Source: Halalkalibacterium halodurans
Lineage (GTDB): Bacteria > Bacillota > Bacilli > Bacillales > Bacillaceae_D
NCBI RefSeq assembly: GCF_004376175.1
Contig: NZ_SNUY01000113.1
Span: 1 to 5,490 of the forward strand
DNA length: 5,490 nucleotides
Reading direction: 5' to 3'
The notes under the pieces: model-generated
Told to the model about the DNA's origin: nothing
Database searches by the model: none
Seen by the model: only the letters and a program-made list of their open reading frames with translations
Made by a program: the position numbers and the translations under genes
In this document: in pieces, positions 4,585 to 5,490 of the stretch
Numbering within the stretch: position 1 is the stretch's first letter
Layout of the letters: every line of letters starts with the position of its first letter

Positions 4585-5490
4585 CTATCCTAGCTTTAGC
4601 TGTTGAATCCGCTGAAGTACTTTCCAGAAAAAATCTTGGTATACAAAACTAGAGGACAATTTAAAGTAAAGGGATCGTCCTGATTTCACTAATTTACTAG
4701 CCACTTTAATGACCCTTGTACGTATGGTTTCAATTTGCATCCCTTTTTGTGCTTCTGGAAAGCAAAGCGTACGTAGCCAATTCGTTAGGTTATAGGCTAA
4801 CAGGCTTACCATCATTTTCACTTCATTCACTTGAAAAGAGTGACTGCTCATTTTATCCAAATAAAAACCATTTTTAGCTTCCTTGATGTAGTTCTCCATC
4901 GTCCCTCTTTTTTGGTACGTACGAACGATATCTTTTGGAGAGAATACATCTCCTAGACTCGTTACAAAAAATGAATGGGTAAACAACAATTCGCCTGCAG
5001 GGCGAACCGATTGGATGATGACCTTTCTCGGCTTAGACCATGATTTCGCTTGATAGTCGATTTCCTCATAATAACATTCAGACTTTGTCACATCTGACGG
5101 TACTGTGGCTGGATGACATTCATCTGCCATTCGCTGTAAAATGGCGTTAGATTTCAAACGAATGACATAATAAACCGATTCACGTTCACATAAATCGTAT
5201 AGAGCTGGAACGGCAAAACCACTATCGCCGCGTAAGAATGGTGTCGTTGCCGGAAATTTTTCATTGTAATGTTTGATAAGTGGTTCCACAAAATCCACAA
5301 CACCATTGGACGTATACACATTTCCAGGGCGTAGCTGGGCTTTTAGGAAATCGCCTGTTATCCCATCGAAGGCAACCAATGGATGAAAGCCAACAGTCCC
5401 GTAATGGGTATTATAAGCTGTAAATTCTTGTTGGCCGTATGTGTCAGCATGTGTTGAATCTAAATCAATGATGAGTGCTTTTGACTCTCT
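4585..5490 (-). CDS. IS1380-family DDE transposase (N-terminus outside window)
   Basis: The track ORF 4585-5379 begins at a TTG, but the frame stays open to the window edge (RESKALIIDLDSTHADTYGQQEFTAYNTHYGTVGFHP then LVAFDG...). Signature blocks of IS1380-type transposases are present: IDLDST...YGxQE...YNxHYG...HPL, LRGDSGFA (Asp codon 5224-5226), and RGTMENYIKEAKNGFYLDKMSSHSF (catalytic Glu region). Stop TAG is at 4585-4587 on the minus strand. Confidence 0.9.
   Translation of the reverse strand, partial: RESKALIIDLDSTHADTYGQQEFTAYNTHYGTVGFHPLVAFDGITGDFLKAQLRPGNVYTSNGVVDFVEPLIKHYNEKFPATTPFLRGDSGFAVPALYDLCERESVYYVIRLKSNAILQRMADECHPATVPSDVTKSECYYEEIDYQAKSWSKPRKVIIQSVRPAGELLFTHSFFVTSLGDVFSPKDIVRTYQKRGTMENYIKEAKNGFYLDKMSSHSFQVNEVKMMVSLLAYNLTNWLRTLCFPEAQKGMQIETIRTRVIKVASKLVKSGRSLYFKLSSSFVYQDFFWKVLQRIQQLKLG

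Larger units (their letters stand above)
4389..5490 (-). mobile_element. IS1380-family insertion sequence, partial (transposase 5' part and far end lie beyond the right edge)
   Basis: Contains an IS1380-type DDE transposase ORF (4585-5490, minus strand) plus about 195 bp of non-coding DNA between its stop and the proposed terminus. The inner boundary is placed at 4389 for two reasons. The KS-like reading frame loses family resemblance there. The sequence CCTGAATTATTCAT starts with CC, as IS1380-family ends do, and resembles the ISEcp1 inverted repeats as I recall them (CCTAGATTCTACGT / CCTAAATTCCACGT). The boundary is uncertain within about 4389-4441. Confidence 0.7.

Noticed and set aside
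4517-4606. A 29-codon ORF (MPVFGHTSPLVLNRVLKNRIFRFYPSFSC) with a well-spaced GAGGAG SD (4504-4509) in the non-coding tail of the IS, overlapping the transposase 3' end on the opposite strand.
   Set aside because: It is too short and featureless to support. The SD-like string may be coincidental. It is worth re-examining only if it is conserved in other copies of this IS.
1-5490. Looked for CRISPR-like spaced repeats, tRNA/rRNA-like structured segments, long tandem repeats, and defence or toxin-antitoxin-type small gene pairs.
   Set aside because: None seen by eye. The only notable repeat structures are the operator-like double palindrome, the terminator hairpin and the IS terminus, all listed under features.

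Overview
Low-GC window that looks like Firmicutes/Bacillaceae, judging by strong AAGGAGG-type Shine-Dalgarno sites, AT-rich intergenic DNA and GTG starts; the taxon is inference. From left to right: (1) A stand-alone MBL-fold metallo-hydrolase gene (156-866) followed by a weak intrinsic terminator. (2) A 217-bp AT-rich control region with a double palindrome (TAACC-N3-GGTTA x2, 1038-1064) that ends 3 nt before the first operon RBS. (3) A three-gene operon of biosynthetic type, apparently translationally coupled through GTGA overlaps. Its first gene is a type II thioesterase that is now a pseudogene (one TAA nonsense codon plus one 1-nt frameshift, catalytic residues still encoded). The second is a FrsA/DUF1100-like alpha/beta hydrolase. 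The third is a beta-ketoacyl synthase (KS) with an intact Cys-His-His triad that continues in frame into the first ~100 residues of a second KS-like (possibly CLF-like) domain. (4) That second domain is cut off by an IS1380-family insertion sequence, whose transposase lies on the minus strand and runs off the right edge. I saw no tRNA, rRNA or CRISPR array, and no recognisable defence, toxin or phage genes. My best reading is a remnant of an uncharacterised carrier-protein-dependent KS-KS' lipid or polyketide operon that has taken three independent inactivating hits. Its novelty cannot be established without database searches. All family calls rest on motif recognition, not on searches.
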